Position numbers and translations under genes: made by a program
Origin: a candidate division FCPU426 bacterium
GTDB lineage: Bacteria > Oederibacteriota > Muellerivitia > Muellerivitales > Muellerivitaceae
Length of the DNA stretch: 64,000 nt
Assembly (NCBI GenBank): GCA_963771075.1
Contig: CAVYSE010000020.1
Span: forward strand, 11,385-75,384
Reading direction: 5' to 3'
In this document: positions 51,410 to 60,591 of the stretch, one piece after another
Numbering within the stretch: the first letter of the stretch is position 1
Layout of the letters: the number at the start of each line of letters is the position of its first letter
The notes under the pieces: model-generated
Database searches by the model: none
What the model saw: only the letters and a program-made list of their open reading frames with translations
What the model was told of the DNA's origin: nothing

Positions 51410-52273
51410 ATGAAAGAAGTTTGGACAACCCACAAGGCGATTCAATGGGCGGTACCGCTTTTAAAACAAAGGCAAGTTTGGAATCCCCGGTTTAGCGCGA
51501 TCAGCTTGGTCGCTCTAGGATTGGGGGTCGACCCCATTCATCTCCATCTGCAATTCAACCGGCGATTGAAACCGGTCGAACTGAAACGAATCCGGGGATA
51601 TATCCGTCGGCGGATGGGCAATGAACCCCTGGAATATATCCTCGGGGAGACGCATTTTTTCGGGTTTCCCTTCAAGGTAACACCGGCGGTGCTAAGGCCC
51701 CGGCCTGAAACCGGTCGGCTGGTGGAATTGGCACTGGATTACCTGGCGACCCTCCCAGAGGAAAAACGCAAGGTCCTGGATTTGGGAACCGGATGCGGTT
51801 GTATCGCGGTTTCCGTCGCCCGATATATTCCCTGCAAGGTTTGGGCGGTGGATATATCGGGGAAGGCATTGGCGGTCGCAAAAGAGAATGCCGATAAGTT
51901 GGGTGTCGGGAAGGCCGTTCAATGGCGGAAGGGAAGCTGGTTTTCGGCCTTGAAAAATACGGATCCGGCGCAATTTCAGGTCATCCTCTGTAATCCGCCT
52001 TATATCGCCGGCTTTGATAAAAAGATTTTGAATAGGGAAATTACTTCGTATGAGCCGACGGTAGCCGTCTTTGGGGGCATATCGGGCTTGAAACCCTACC
52101 AGGAAATAGCACGGGGGTTCGAAAAATGGCTGTCCCCTGGAGGAAAAGCCTTCTTGGAACTGGAGCCCATTCGGGCGGGGAAGATCAGGTCATTATTTAA
52201 GAATCAAGCCCGTAAAAGCTCATTTGGCATGGATGATTACGGGGTGAAACGGGTTTTGGTTTTGGAAAATTAG
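51410..52273 (+). CDS. prmC: Release-factor glutamine N5-methyltransferase PrmC/HemK
   Basis: SAM-binding motif LDLGTGCGCIAVSVA and catalytic NPPY (ILCNPPYIAG). Confidence 0.85.
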   Translation: MKEVWTTHKAIQWAVPLLKQRQVWNPRFSAISLVALGLGVDPIHLHLQFNRRLKPVELKRIRGYIRRRMGNEPLEYILGETHFFGFPFKVTPAVLRPRPETGRLVELALDYLATLPEEKRKVLDLGTGCGCIAVSVARYIPCKVWAVDISGKALAVAKENADKLGVGKAVQWRKGSWFSALKNTDPAQFQVILCNPPYIAGFDKKILNREITSYEPTVAVFGGISGLKPYQEIARGFEKWLSPGGKAFLELEPIRAGKIRSLFKNQARKSSFGMDDYGVKRVLVLEN

Positions 52274-52320
52274 ATTTCGGATGTTGAGGTTACCATCATT
52301 CGTTTAGAGAACAGTTATTT

Positions 52321-52566
52321 TCAAGAAGGAACGAAAACCTCGAGGGGAACCCTCTTGTCGACCTTTCCGTTCTTGCAACGGTAGGTGATCTCCTTGGTGG
52401 CTGGGTCGTAATCCAACAATGTGACGATTTTGAGTTCGGTCTTTTCCGCCACACTGACCGAGCCCGATAGACCCCTTAAAGGAACCTGTTGATCCTTGGC
52501 GTATTTCACGACAACCTTTTTACCTAACCGGCACACGACCAGCTCGACGGGGATTAATTTTTCCAT
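52321..52566 (-). CDS. Small hypothetical protein (81 aa)
   Basis: ORF only. Downstream of, and probably co-transcribed with, the HPr gene on the minus strand. Confidence 0.4.
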   Translation of the reverse strand: MEKLIPVELVVCRLGKKVVVKYAKDQQVPLRGLSGSVSVAEKTELKIVTLLDYDPATKEITYRCKNGKVDKRVPLEVFVPS

Positions 52567-52698
52567 TTTGTTCTTTTCCTCGCTTTCCTTGGCGTTACCC
52601 GCCCCAAAAACACCCGACGAACTATCCTGCGGTCCTGGCTATATCCAAAGCTTGATAAAAGGAAAAACAAATGAAATAGAACGAATGTTTTATATCGG

Positions 52699-52971
52699 CT
52701 AATCCCTTTCCCCGAATTTATTCAAAAATAAGGCCTGGATCGCCATGGAGGCCTCCGAGGCGTCATCCCCCTCAAAGACGAGCGTCAGTTCTTGCCCATA
52801 GCCGGCGGCAAGGGTCATCAAATTGATCAGGCTCTTGGCGTTCAGGCTTCCGCTGTTCCTTCGAATCAAGATGCGGCATTTGTATTGGGAGGTCGCCTTG
52901 ACGAACGTAGCGGCGGCGCGGATATGAAGACCGAGGCGGTTTAAGACTTTGACAGTTTTGGTGATTTCCAC
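52699..52971 (-). CDS. ptsH: HPr-family phosphocarrier protein
   Basis: NRLGLHIRAAATFVK (GLHxRPA-like active-site His region) and ..SLNAKSLINLMTLAAGYGQELTLVFEGDD.., matching the HPr fold signature. Confidence 0.8.
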   Translation of the reverse strand: MEITKTVKVLNRLGLHIRAAATFVKATSQYKCRILIRRNSGSLNAKSLINLMTLAAGYGQELTLVFEGDDASEASMAIQALFLNKFGERD

Positions 52972-53359
52972 GGCGTACCCTCGTTAGAAATGTTTTTGGA
53001 ATAACGGATTGGATAATATTTTGAAAGAAGGTCCTGGCGAGAACAACCGCCAGGAAAGCGAATCGACGGATCAATTATAAATCCATAAGAAGAACCGCCA
53101 GAAAAAATATTTTTGAACCTGCCATTTTAGTTGCAGTTTTTCCGCAACTTTTTTGGCGCGGCTATTTGTGGTGGAAAATACTTTTTCGTGCCACAGGAGC
53201 TGGGGTTGAATAGGACGAACGGGAGTTAAGGTTTGGCACAACTTATGTTGTGACGAATTAGTAATCATGCAAAGAGCTGTATCTGCAGTGCGTGTGGATT
53301 TATCGAGTTGTTCCGTGAGGATGGGAAGTCTTTTCGGCCATCCGCCTACCTTGGATTCC

Positions 53360-53553
53360 AATAAAATTACAAATCCAGCGCTCTCACCAACGACCGGGTG
53401 ATTGGGTTCAACGCGAATGACGCTACGGTCACGGTTTACACCTCGGCTTATAGCACGACGATCAGCGATCTCGAGGAAAGGGATGTGAATTCGTTGAACC
53501 ATCTCTATGTAGTCAATTTGGGGAACAACCGGATCGTGAAATACACGCTCTAG
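53360..53553 (+). pseudogene. Orphan NHL-repeat remnant (…DVNSLNHLYVVNLGNNRIVKYTL*) without a start codon
   Basis: An open frame follows a TAA at ~53357. It matches the NHL consensus (YVaD.gNnRI.kf). An upstream out-of-frame segment (MQRAVSAVRVDLSS...) may be a further decayed part. Confidence 0.3.
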
Positions 53554-53636
53554 ATTGTTTCGACCGGGCACGATAAACCGAACTGACGCTTTAAAAACCT
53601 AGTATTCAACCATATGAAAATTTTATTTGGTGGGGC

Positions 53637-53668
53637 TTGACATTTATTTGGGAAGGGGAGTAATGTTC
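53637..53668 (+). promoter_or_regulatory. Candidate sigma-70 promoter: TTGACA, 18 nt spacer, TAATGT
   Basis: CTTGACATTTATTTGGGAAGGGGAGTAATGTTCC lies immediately upstream of RNA-element copy 1. Confidence 0.4.
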
Positions 53669-53679
53669 CAACATCAAAC

Positions 53680-53812
53680 GCGAGGCTTTAAGGTCCAACT
53701 TGCCCCGGCGTTTCCCGAAAGGGAAGAACAGGGTGCTAAAGCGGTTAAGAGTTTAAGAGATTCTATCTAAACCCGATCCGCCCAAAGTGGACCGGGTTTT
53801 TTGTTTTACACC
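53680..53812 (+). ncRNA. Copy 1 of a tandem triplicated structured RNA-like element (conserved core plus intrinsic terminator)
   Basis: GCGAGGCTTTA...AACTTGCCCCGGCG-[TTCCC-GAAA-GGGAA hairpin]-ACAGGGTGCTAAAGCGGT...then a hairpin CCCGATCC/GGACCGGG followed by TTTTTTGTTTT. Confidence 0.5.
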
Positions 53813-53888
53813 GAAAAACCCTTTAAAAACTAAGTTTTGCCCCACTGGTTCCTTGAACTGCGGGGAAGGCAAACATTGTTTGCCACCG

Positions 53889-54030
53889 GCGAGGCTTTAT
53901 TAACCTACTTGCCCCGGCCGGCTTTCGTTGGATGTTTCAACGGAGGGAACAGGGACTAAAGCGGTGGAAGATTATTGGAACAACCATAATCCCAAACCGC
54001 TGAAGCAAACGGTCTGGGATTTTTTTATTC
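53889..54030 (+). ncRNA. Copy 2 of the element
   Basis: GCGAGGCTTTA...ACTTGCCCCGGCCGG-[CGTTG...CAACG hairpin]-ACAGGGACTAAAGCGGT...then a hairpin CCCAAACCG/CGGTCTGGG followed by ATTTTTTTATT. Confidence 0.5.
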
Positions 54031-54220
54031 CTAGAAGTTTCGATGTGGGGAGGATTGAGCAGTAAAAAGTTCAATTTTGTACGGCGGGATTTAACAGGCG
54101 GTGAAAAAGCCTTCAACCGGCTTTTTCTTTCTAGTGTGCGGGTCGCAGGCGACCCGTCCTAGCCCCTGGCTTTTACGGAACGTTACCAATCGCGGTTTTG
54201 GATGGTAACCCCCTGAAAGC

Positions 54221-54340
54221 ACCAACTTGCCCCGGCCGGATTCGTTCCAGCTTTTGGAATGGACAAACAGGGAGCTAAAGCGGTATCGCGATGAAGACTT
54301 TTTCATCCCGGCCCGCTTAAGCAGTGGGGCCGGGTTTATG
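54221..54340 (+). ncRNA. Copy 3 of the element, 60 nt upstream of the porin gene. Its terminator has a weak U-tract, which would suit a regulated leader.
   Basis: AACTTGCCCCGGCCGG-[TTCCA-GCTTT-TGGAA hairpin]-ACAGGGAGCTAAAGCGGT...then a hairpin CCCGGCCC/GGGCCGGG followed by TTTATGG. The core GGCCGG is complementary to CCGGCC in the terminator 5' arm, a possible antiterminator pairing. Confidence 0.5.
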
Positions 54341-54399
54341 GCCCCGGGTGAACTGGACACCTTAAAAACCCATTAAATTTTTTAAAAAAGGGGCTAAAA

Positions 54400-55881
54400 A
54401 TGAAAAAGTTATTCGCTTATTGGTTGGTATTACTGGCGGGTTTATTCCTGACGACCGCCAGGGTTGGCGCGCAGGAACCATCTTCGGTTGGGAATTCGAA
54501 GCAGGATGCTCCTTCGACGGATACCCCGGCGGCGGTCTCGGCTTCGGATATCGAAGCCCTGAACAACCGGCTCAACGCCCTGGAAAAGGGATCGGTCGTG
54601 TTGTCCACCGAGCATAATTACCTCGATATTGGCACCCAAAAGGGCGATATCGTCTTTAAGATCGGCGCGGTAGTGCAGGGGGATTACCGGTCCTATTTCT
54701 ACCCGGCTTCCAGTTATGACGACAACCTGCCGATTGGGGCTGCGGGCGGCGGTGTCACGAATTTTGAGGAGGGGGCGACGGCGGCTTCGGTCAACAAATC
54801 CAGCAGTACCTTCCTGGACCGCAAGGTCCGGTTGGACCTGGTTGCCCTCTTTGACCAGACTGTGGGTTTGCGATACCAGGCCGAATTTGGCGCCACGGGT
54901 TACGCCATCCAGGACGCCTACGCCTTCGTAAAGGCGGACCCGGCTTTCCAATTCCAACTGGGAAAGTTCAAGGTGCCTATCGGCCTGGAACGCCTGCAAA
55001 ACGACACGGATACTCTTTTTGCCGAGCGCGCCCTGCCCACCGACCTGGTCCCCAACCGTGACCTGGGCGGCCTTATCGGCGGGTCGGTTCATAATTACGC
55101 CCTCTACGCGGTGGCCTTGACCAACGGGACGCCCGACAATTACACGCCCAACAACGCCGACGACCAAAGCCTGACCGGCGGTAAGGAATTATCGGGAAGG
55201 GTTTTCCTGACGCCTTTCCAACCCACCGATTCCTTTCTCAAGAACCTTGGGGTTGGAATCTCGGGGTCCTGGGCCTGGAACGTGAGTTGGAACAGCAACG
55301 CCTATCCCAATTATTTCGTCACCTCCCTGGGCCAACAGCAATTCTTCGCCTATCGGACGGGCGTTTCCCCCCAGGGCGATTTTTACCACCTATCCCCCCA
55401 GGGCTACTTTTATAACGGTCCCTTCGGATTGTTGGGAGAGTATGTCCAGTCCACCCAGAACGTCGGGACCTCCGCCAAGACTTCCGTGAGCCTCAATAAC
55501 CAGGCCTTCCTGTTGCAGGCTTCATGGGTTATTGGCGGGAGGGCTTCCTACCAAGGCGCGGTCGCGGATAATGACTTGGATCTTTCCAAGGGCCGTTGGG
55601 GTGCTTTGGAGGTGGGCTTTCGGGTGCACCAATTGACCATCGACCCGAATGCCTTTAGCGCCACGGAAGCCTCGGATGTGGCGGCCACCAATTCGGCCCA
55701 GCAGGCCACGGCTTACGGCGCGGGTTTGAACTGGATTTTCGACCCCCATTTCAAGCTGGTCTTCGATTGGGAGGAAACGGATTTCGTGGAAGGGACCCAG
55801 GTGACACCGAACATTACCGGCACCGTTACGACCCTGCATCCCGAGGATGTTTTCACCATCCGGGCCCAGGCCAACATTTAA
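54400..55881 (+). CDS. OprO/OprP-family anion-selective porin
   Basis: Signal peptide [25 protein letters not shown]. ~470 aa beta-barrel with the Porin_O_P family layout. First gene of the sulfate-uptake cluster. Confidence 0.75.
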   Translation: MKKLFAYWLVLLAGLFLTTARVGAQEPSSVGNSKQDAPSTDTPAAVSASDIEALNNRLNALEKGSVVLSTEHNYLDIGTQKGDIVFKIGAVVQGDYRSYFYPASSYDDNLPIGAAGGGVTNFEEGATAASVNKSSSTFLDRKVRLDLVALFDQTVGLRYQAEFGATGYAIQDAYAFVKADPAFQFQLGKFKVPIGLERLQNDTDTLFAERALPTDLVPNRDLGGLIGGSVHNYALYAVALTNGTPDNYTPNNADDQSLTGGKELSGRVFLTPFQPTDSFLKNLGVGISGSWAWNVSWNSNAYPNYFVTSLGQQQFFAYRTGVSPQGDFYHLSPQGYFYNGPFGLLGEYVQSTQNVGTSAKTSVSLNNQAFLLQASWVIGGRASYQGAVADNDLDLSKGRWGALEVGFRVHQLTIDPNAFSATEASDVAATNSAQQATAYGAGLNWIFDPHFKLVFDWEETDFVEGTQVTPNITGTVTTLHPEDVFTIRAQANI

Positions 55882-55898
55882 ATAATAAGGAGAAAAAC

Positions 55899-56927
55899 AT
55901 GAAAAAAATAAATCTTAGTCTCGGATTGCTGATGGGTCTTACCGCCGCTTCCTGGGTTTATGCCCAGGAGGCCCCAGTCGGGAAAACGGGGGGCGCGGTT
56001 AGGATTCTCAACGTGTCCTACGACCCTACGAGGGAATTTTACGCGGATTACGACAAGGTTTTCGCCGGCTACTGGAAAAAGAAAACGGGGCAGGATGTGA
56101 CCGTGGACCTTTCCAACGGGGGATCGGGCAAGCAGGCCCGGGCCATTATTGACGGCCTGGAAGCCGATGTGGCGACTTTGGGGCTTTCGGGCGATATCGA
56201 CGCCATCGCGGCCAAAGCCCAGCTGCTTCCCGACGATTGGGAAAGCCGGTTGCCCGACCATAGCGCCCCCTATACCTCCACCATTGTTCTTTTGGTGCGC
56301 AAGGGGAACCCCAAGGCCATTAAGGATTGGGACGACCTGGTGAAACCCGGGGTGGCCGTGATCACTCCGAACCCGAAAACTTCCGGCGGCGGCCGATGGA
56401 ACTTTCTGGCCGCCTGGGGATGGGCTCTTTCCAAATATGGAACGGAGGATAAAGCCAGGGAATTTGTAGGCAAGATCTACAAGAATGTCCCGGTGTTGGA
56501 TTCAGGCGCGCGGGGTTCCACCACCACTTTTGCTGAAAGGGGCCTGGGAGACGTTTTGATCGCTTGGGAAAACGAGGCCTACCTGGCCGTCAACCAGTTG
56601 GGGAAGGACCAATTCGAGATTGTTTATCCATCCTCCAGCATTTTGGCCGAACCTTCAGTGGCCTGGGTGGACAAGAACGCCGCGAAACACGGTACGACCG
56701 AGGTGGCGGAGGCCTACCTGAAATATCTCTACAACCCCGTGGGGCAGGACGTCATAGCCCGCAACTACTACCGGCCCCGGTCTAAAAAGGTCGAGGAGAA
56801 ATACCGCAGCCAGTTTCCCGTGATCAAGCTCTTTACCGTCAACAAGGTGTTCGGTGGTTGGAAAAAAGCCCAGCCCGCCTATTTCAACGACGGCGGGGTC
56901 TTTGACCAAATCTACCAACCTAAATGA
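55899..56927 (+). CDS. sbp: Sulfate/thiosulfate ABC transporter periplasmic binding protein
   Basis: ATG at 55899 after AAGGAG. Signal peptide. Strong Sbp/CysP family similarity (e.g. ..WENEAYLA..). Confidence 0.85.
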   Translation: MKKINLSLGLLMGLTAASWVYAQEAPVGKTGGAVRILNVSYDPTREFYADYDKVFAGYWKKKTGQDVTVDLSNGGSGKQARAIIDGLEADVATLGLSGDIDAIAAKAQLLPDDWESRLPDHSAPYTSTIVLLVRKGNPKAIKDWDDLVKPGVAVITPNPKTSGGGRWNFLAAWGWALSKYGTEDKAREFVGKIYKNVPVLDSGARGSTTTFAERGLGDVLIAWENEAYLAVNQLGKDQFEIVYPSSSILAEPSVAWVDKNAAKHGTTEVAEAYLKYLYNPVGQDVIARNYYRPRSKKVEEKYRSQFPVIKLFTVNKVFGGWKKAQPAYFNDGGVFDQIYQPK

Positions 56928-57017
56928 ACCAGTTGGCAGTCCACAGTTCGCAGTTCGCAGTCAAGCGGGTAACACCCTATTCCCCATGGAGTCTTTATCG
57001 AAGGGGTTATTTTCGGG

Positions 57018-57048
57018 AAGCCGGTTCATTGGGGGCCGGCTTTTCCCC
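57018..57048 (+). terminator. Hairpin AAGCCGG-(11 nt)-CCGGCTT followed by TTTCCCC; possible attenuator between sbp and the HPr-like gene
   Basis: Read from the sequence. 7 bp stem with a short, imperfect U-tract. Confidence 0.3.
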
Positions 57049-57070
57049 AAACCAAAAAGGGTTGGAATCC

Positions 57071-57349
57071 ATGGCCATCATCGAATCCATACCGGTATTA
57101 AACCGCTTAGGGCTTCATCTGCGGGCTGGGGCCGAATTGGTCAGGACTTGTTCCCGGTTCCAATGCCAGGTGAGGGTGGGGCATGGCGGAAGGTCGGCCA
57201 ACGCGAAAAGCCTGATCCAACTCTTAACCCTCGGCGCCCTTTATGGTACGGTACTGGAGTTTTCGGCCCAGGGCGAGGACGCACCGGAGGCCATCAGGGC
57301 GATCCAAAAGTTATTGAAATCTTGGGAGGAGTTGGAAATTGACGAATAA
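57071..57349 (+). CDS. HPr-like phosphocarrier-family protein embedded in the sulfate transporter operon
   Basis: MAIIESIPVLNRLGLHLRAGAELV...GRSANAKSLIQLLTLGALYGTVLEFSAQGEDAPEAIRAIQKLL aligns along its whole length to canonical HPr (GLHTRPA...GKSASAKSLFKLQTLGL..G..V.ISAEGEDE). Confidence 0.75.
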   Translation: MAIIESIPVLNRLGLHLRAGAELVRTCSRFQCQVRVGHGGRSANAKSLIQLLTLGALYGTVLEFSAQGEDAPEAIRAIQKLLKSWEELEIDE

Positions 57350-57658
57350 CAAATCATCTTTCACCACCAAACACTTCGGCCCGCAACCGAAGTGTCGATG
57401 ACCAAGGCACCAAGAACAACAAAGCCAATTAGATTAGGAACAACCGAAACAAAGGAATTGGGTTAGAACCGATAACAAAACTAAGATGTAATATTAACCA
57501 CTAAGGCTCAAAGACACCAAGTAAAGCAAAAGGTTTGGATTTACTTCGTTTTTCTTCTGCCAATCTAACGAAGTTCTTGGTGCCTTGGTGTCTTGGTGGT
57601 GAAAAAGAGAGTTAAGTGACTTGGCGTCTTGGTGGTGAAAAATTTTAGGTGGTATTAA

Positions 57659-58486
57659 ATGAATTCTAAATCTCCTGGTGTACTCCCGGGGTTCCGTCTC
57701 TCCATGGGCTACACCCTTTTTTACCTGGGCCTCATTGTTTTGATCCCCCTGGGGGCGATGGTATTAAAAACCACCCAGCTCACCTGGGTACAGTTCCTGG
57801 CGACGGTCCTGAGTCCCCGCGTACTGGCTTCTTTTCGGCTGACTTTCGGGTGTTCCATCATTGGGGCGGCCATCAATTCGGTTTTCGGGGCCGTCGTGGC
57901 CTGGGTCCTGGTCCGCTATACCTTTCCCGGGAAACGGCTTTTCGACGCCCTAGTGGACCTTCCTTTCGCCTTGCCCACGGCCGTGGCCGGCATCACCCTG
58001 ACAGAACTCTATTCCCCCCAAGGTTGGATCGGCCGTTGGCTGATTCCCCTGGGTATCAAGGTGGCCTATACCCCCCTGGGTGTGGCGGTGGCCTTGACCT
58101 TTATAGGCCTTCCTTTCGTGGTCCGGACCCTTCAACCGGTCCTTGAGACGATGGATAAGGATATGGAGGAAGCGGCGGTCAGTTTAGGGGCGAACCGCTT
58201 TACGATCATTACCAAGGTGATTTTGCCCAGTCTCGTACCTGCCTGGATCACCGGGTTTTCCCTCGCATTCGCCAGGGCGGTGGGGGAGTACGGTTCGGTC
58301 GTGTTTATCTCGGGAAACATGCCCATGAAGACCGAAATTACGCCCTTACTTATCATCTCAAAACTGGAACAATACGATTACGCCGGGGCCACGGCCCTGG
58401 GGGTGGTGATGCTGGTGATTTCATTTGCCATGCTGTTGACGGTGAATTGGCTTCAGGCCAAAACAGGCAAGCATCGAATCCATTAA
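57659..58486 (+). CDS. cysT: Sulfate ABC transporter permease CysT
   Basis: Six transmembrane segments with an ABC transmembrane type-1 EAA-like loop. Adjacent to cysW and cysA. Confidence 0.85.
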   Translation: MNSKSPGVLPGFRLSMGYTLFYLGLIVLIPLGAMVLKTTQLTWVQFLATVLSPRVLASFRLTFGCSIIGAAINSVFGAVVAWVLVRYTFPGKRLFDALVDLPFALPTAVAGITLTELYSPQGWIGRWLIPLGIKVAYTPLGVAVALTFIGLPFVVRTLQPVLETMDKDMEEAAVSLGANRFTIITKVILPSLVPAWITGFSLAFARAVGEYGSVVFISGNMPMKTEITPLLIISKLEQYDYAGATALGVVMLVISFAMLLTVNWLQAKTGKHRIH

Positions 58487-58569
58487 CATTAAAAGAGGAA
58501 GATTTGACTCGAGAAACGATTATTGTTATTTCTAAAGGAAATCGCGCCTCGCTGGACCCCAATCGGGGT

Positions 58570-59418
58570 ATGACCGAGCCGGGATGGGTGAAGTTTACCC
58601 TGATCGGGATCTCCCTCCTGTTTTTAGGGCTTTTTTTGGTGATACCTTTGGCGGAAGTGTTTGTTTCGGCGCTCCAGAAGGGGATCGGCTTTTATTTCGA
58701 CGCGATCCGGGACCCGGCCGCCCTTTCGGCCTTGAGGTTGACTCTCCTCACCGCGTTTTTCTCCGTTTTTTTCAATTTGATCTTCGGGTTGGCTTCAGCC
58801 TGGGCCATCACGCGGTTCGAATTTCCCGGCAAAAACCTGCTTATCACCTTGATCGACTTGCCTTTCACCGTCTCCCCGGTCGTGTCTGGCCTGATCTACG
58901 TGCTGCTCTTCGGTTTACAAGGCTACCTTGGGCCCTGGGTCTTGTCCCACGGAATCCACATTATCTTCGCAGCGCCCGGTATCATCCTGGCCACGATTTT
59001 CGTGACCTTTCCCTTCGTGTCTAGGGAACTGATTCCCTTGATGCAGGAACTGGGCTCGGAAGAGGAACAAGCGGCTTTGGTTTTGGGTGCGAACGGATGG
59101 CAAATTTTTTGGCGGGTAACCTTGCCCAATATCCAGTGGGGCCTTCTCTATGGGGTCATTCTTTGTAACGCCAGGGCAATGGGGGAATTTGGGGCGGTAT
59201 CGGTGGTTTCGGGCCACATCCGGGGACTGACCAACACCCTGCCCTTGCATGTGGAAATTCTCTATAACGAATACAATTTTACGGCCGCTTTCGCAGTCGC
59301 TTCCTTATTGACCTTTTTGGCGCTGGTGACCCTGGTCGCCAAGGCGATCGTTGGCGCCCGCACCGTGCAAGAGAGGGAAATCCTTCCCATCTCCCATGAA
59401 AGCGAGCCTGCCCTATGA
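58570..59418 (+). CDS. cysW: Sulfate ABC transporter permease CysW
   Basis: ATG at 58570 (MTEPGWVKFTLIG...). Paralogous to CysT. The stop overlaps the cysA start (ATGA). Confidence 0.85.
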   Translation: MTEPGWVKFTLIGISLLFLGLFLVIPLAEVFVSALQKGIGFYFDAIRDPAALSALRLTLLTAFFSVFFNLIFGLASAWAITRFEFPGKNLLITLIDLPFTVSPVVSGLIYVLLFGLQGYLGPWVLSHGIHIIFAAPGIILATIFVTFPFVSRELIPLMQELGSEEEQAALVLGANGWQIFWRVTLPNIQWGLLYGVILCNARAMGEFGAVSVVSGHIRGLTNTLPLHVEILYNEYNFTAAFAVASLLTFLALVTLVAKAIVGARTVQEREILPISHESEPAL

Positions 59419-60458
59419 GTATCGAAGTCCGGGGGATCTCAAAAACCTTTAACGGTTTTCAAGCCGTGCGGGATGTCAGCCTGAAACTGGAAAGCGGGTC
59501 CCTGACCGCCCTGCTGGGCCCCTCGGGCTCGGGGAAAAGCACCCTGCTTCGCATGATCGCCGGGTTGGAAACCCCCAATTCGGGCGAGATCCACTTGACC
59601 GGCCGGGAAGCCACCTATATTTCAGCTAAGGAACGCAATGTCGGGTTTGTTTTCCAGCATTACGCCCTTTTCAAGCACATGACCATCTTCGAAAACATCG
59701 CCTTCGGTTTAAGGGTCCGTAAATATGCGGAGAAGGACATCAAGGACAGGGTTTTCGAACTCCTCAGTCTTATCCAACTACAGGGCCTGGAAAACCGGTA
59801 TCCATCCCAGCTTTCGGGAGGCCAGCGCCAAAGGGTGGCGGTCGCCCGCGCCCTTGCGCCTCGGCCGGAGGTTTTGCTATTGGACGAGCCCTTTGGGGCT
59901 TTGGACGCCAAGGTACGGGAAGAATTAAGGGAGTGGATTTTAAAGCTCCACGAGGAAACCAACGTGACGACCCTTTTCGTGACTCACGACCAAAATGAGG
60001 CGCTGGAAGTGGCGGGCCGAATTCTGATTATGAACCAGGGAAGGATTGAGCAAGATGGCACTCCGCTTGAAATCTTCGACCAGCCAGCCACCCATTTCAT
60101 CGCCCAGTTCGTGGGGGAGACCAACTATATTGACACGAAAATTAGCGAGAAGGGTTTGGCGGTGTGGGGGCCTTTCCGATTCATGGTTACCCCCTTCTTT
60201 AAATTGGGGCAGAAAGTGCGTATTTATTTTCGCCCCAATGACGTTTACATGACCGCTCAATTTGAGACCCTGCAGGTGAAGGCCAAGGTGCTTTCTATCC
60301 GTTTCAAGGGAACGATGATGGAATACAAACTCGACGTGGGGGAAGAAAAGCAAATTATCGCTCAGGTACCCAAGGGCGTGGCCTTGGCCAGCGGGTTTTC
60401 CGAGGGGGCGGAGGTATTCGCCGCCATTACCGCCTTCCACGTTTTTCCGCTGGATTAG
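59415..60458 (+). CDS. cysA: Sulfate/thiosulfate import ATP-binding protein CysA
   Basis: Walker A GPSGSGKST, ABC signature LSGGQRQRVA, Walker B LLLDEPFGALD. C-terminal TOBE-like domain. Confidence 0.9.
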   Translation: MSIEVRGISKTFNGFQAVRDVSLKLESGSLTALLGPSGSGKSTLLRMIAGLETPNSGEIHLTGREATYISAKERNVGFVFQHYALFKHMTIFENIAFGLRVRKYAEKDIKDRVFELLSLIQLQGLENRYPSQLSGGQRQRVAVARALAPRPEVLLLDEPFGALDAKVREELREWILKLHEETNVTTLFVTHDQNEALEVAGRILIMNQGRIEQDGTPLEIFDQPATHFIAQFVGETNYIDTKISEKGLAVWGPFRFMVTPFFKLGQKVRIYFRPNDVYMTAQFETLQVKAKVLSIRFKGTMMEYKLDVGEEKQIIAQVPKGVALASGFSEGAEVFAAITAFHVFPLD

Positions 60459-60591
60459 GAATTCTTGATAACCCCTCCACTGGGGGTTGTGTTAGTCCTT
60501 AAAAATGTGTAATTTCATAGGCCTTTAACGTAGAGGCTGGACTTTCCCGGGCGAAAAACCCAGGTTTAACCAAGACTATTATGGGGAGAAT

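Noticed and set aside
53071-53571. ORF 53071..53571 on the minus strand (166 aa)
   Set aside because: No ribosome-binding site or domain. The plus strand here carries a recognisable NHL-repeat remnant, so the minus ORF is more likely a shadow.
53680-54340. Assigning the triplicated element to SAM-I, SAM-II or SAH riboswitch classes
   Set aside because: From memory the length and conserved blocks do not fit those consensus structures. Identity is left open pending Rfam/Infernal.
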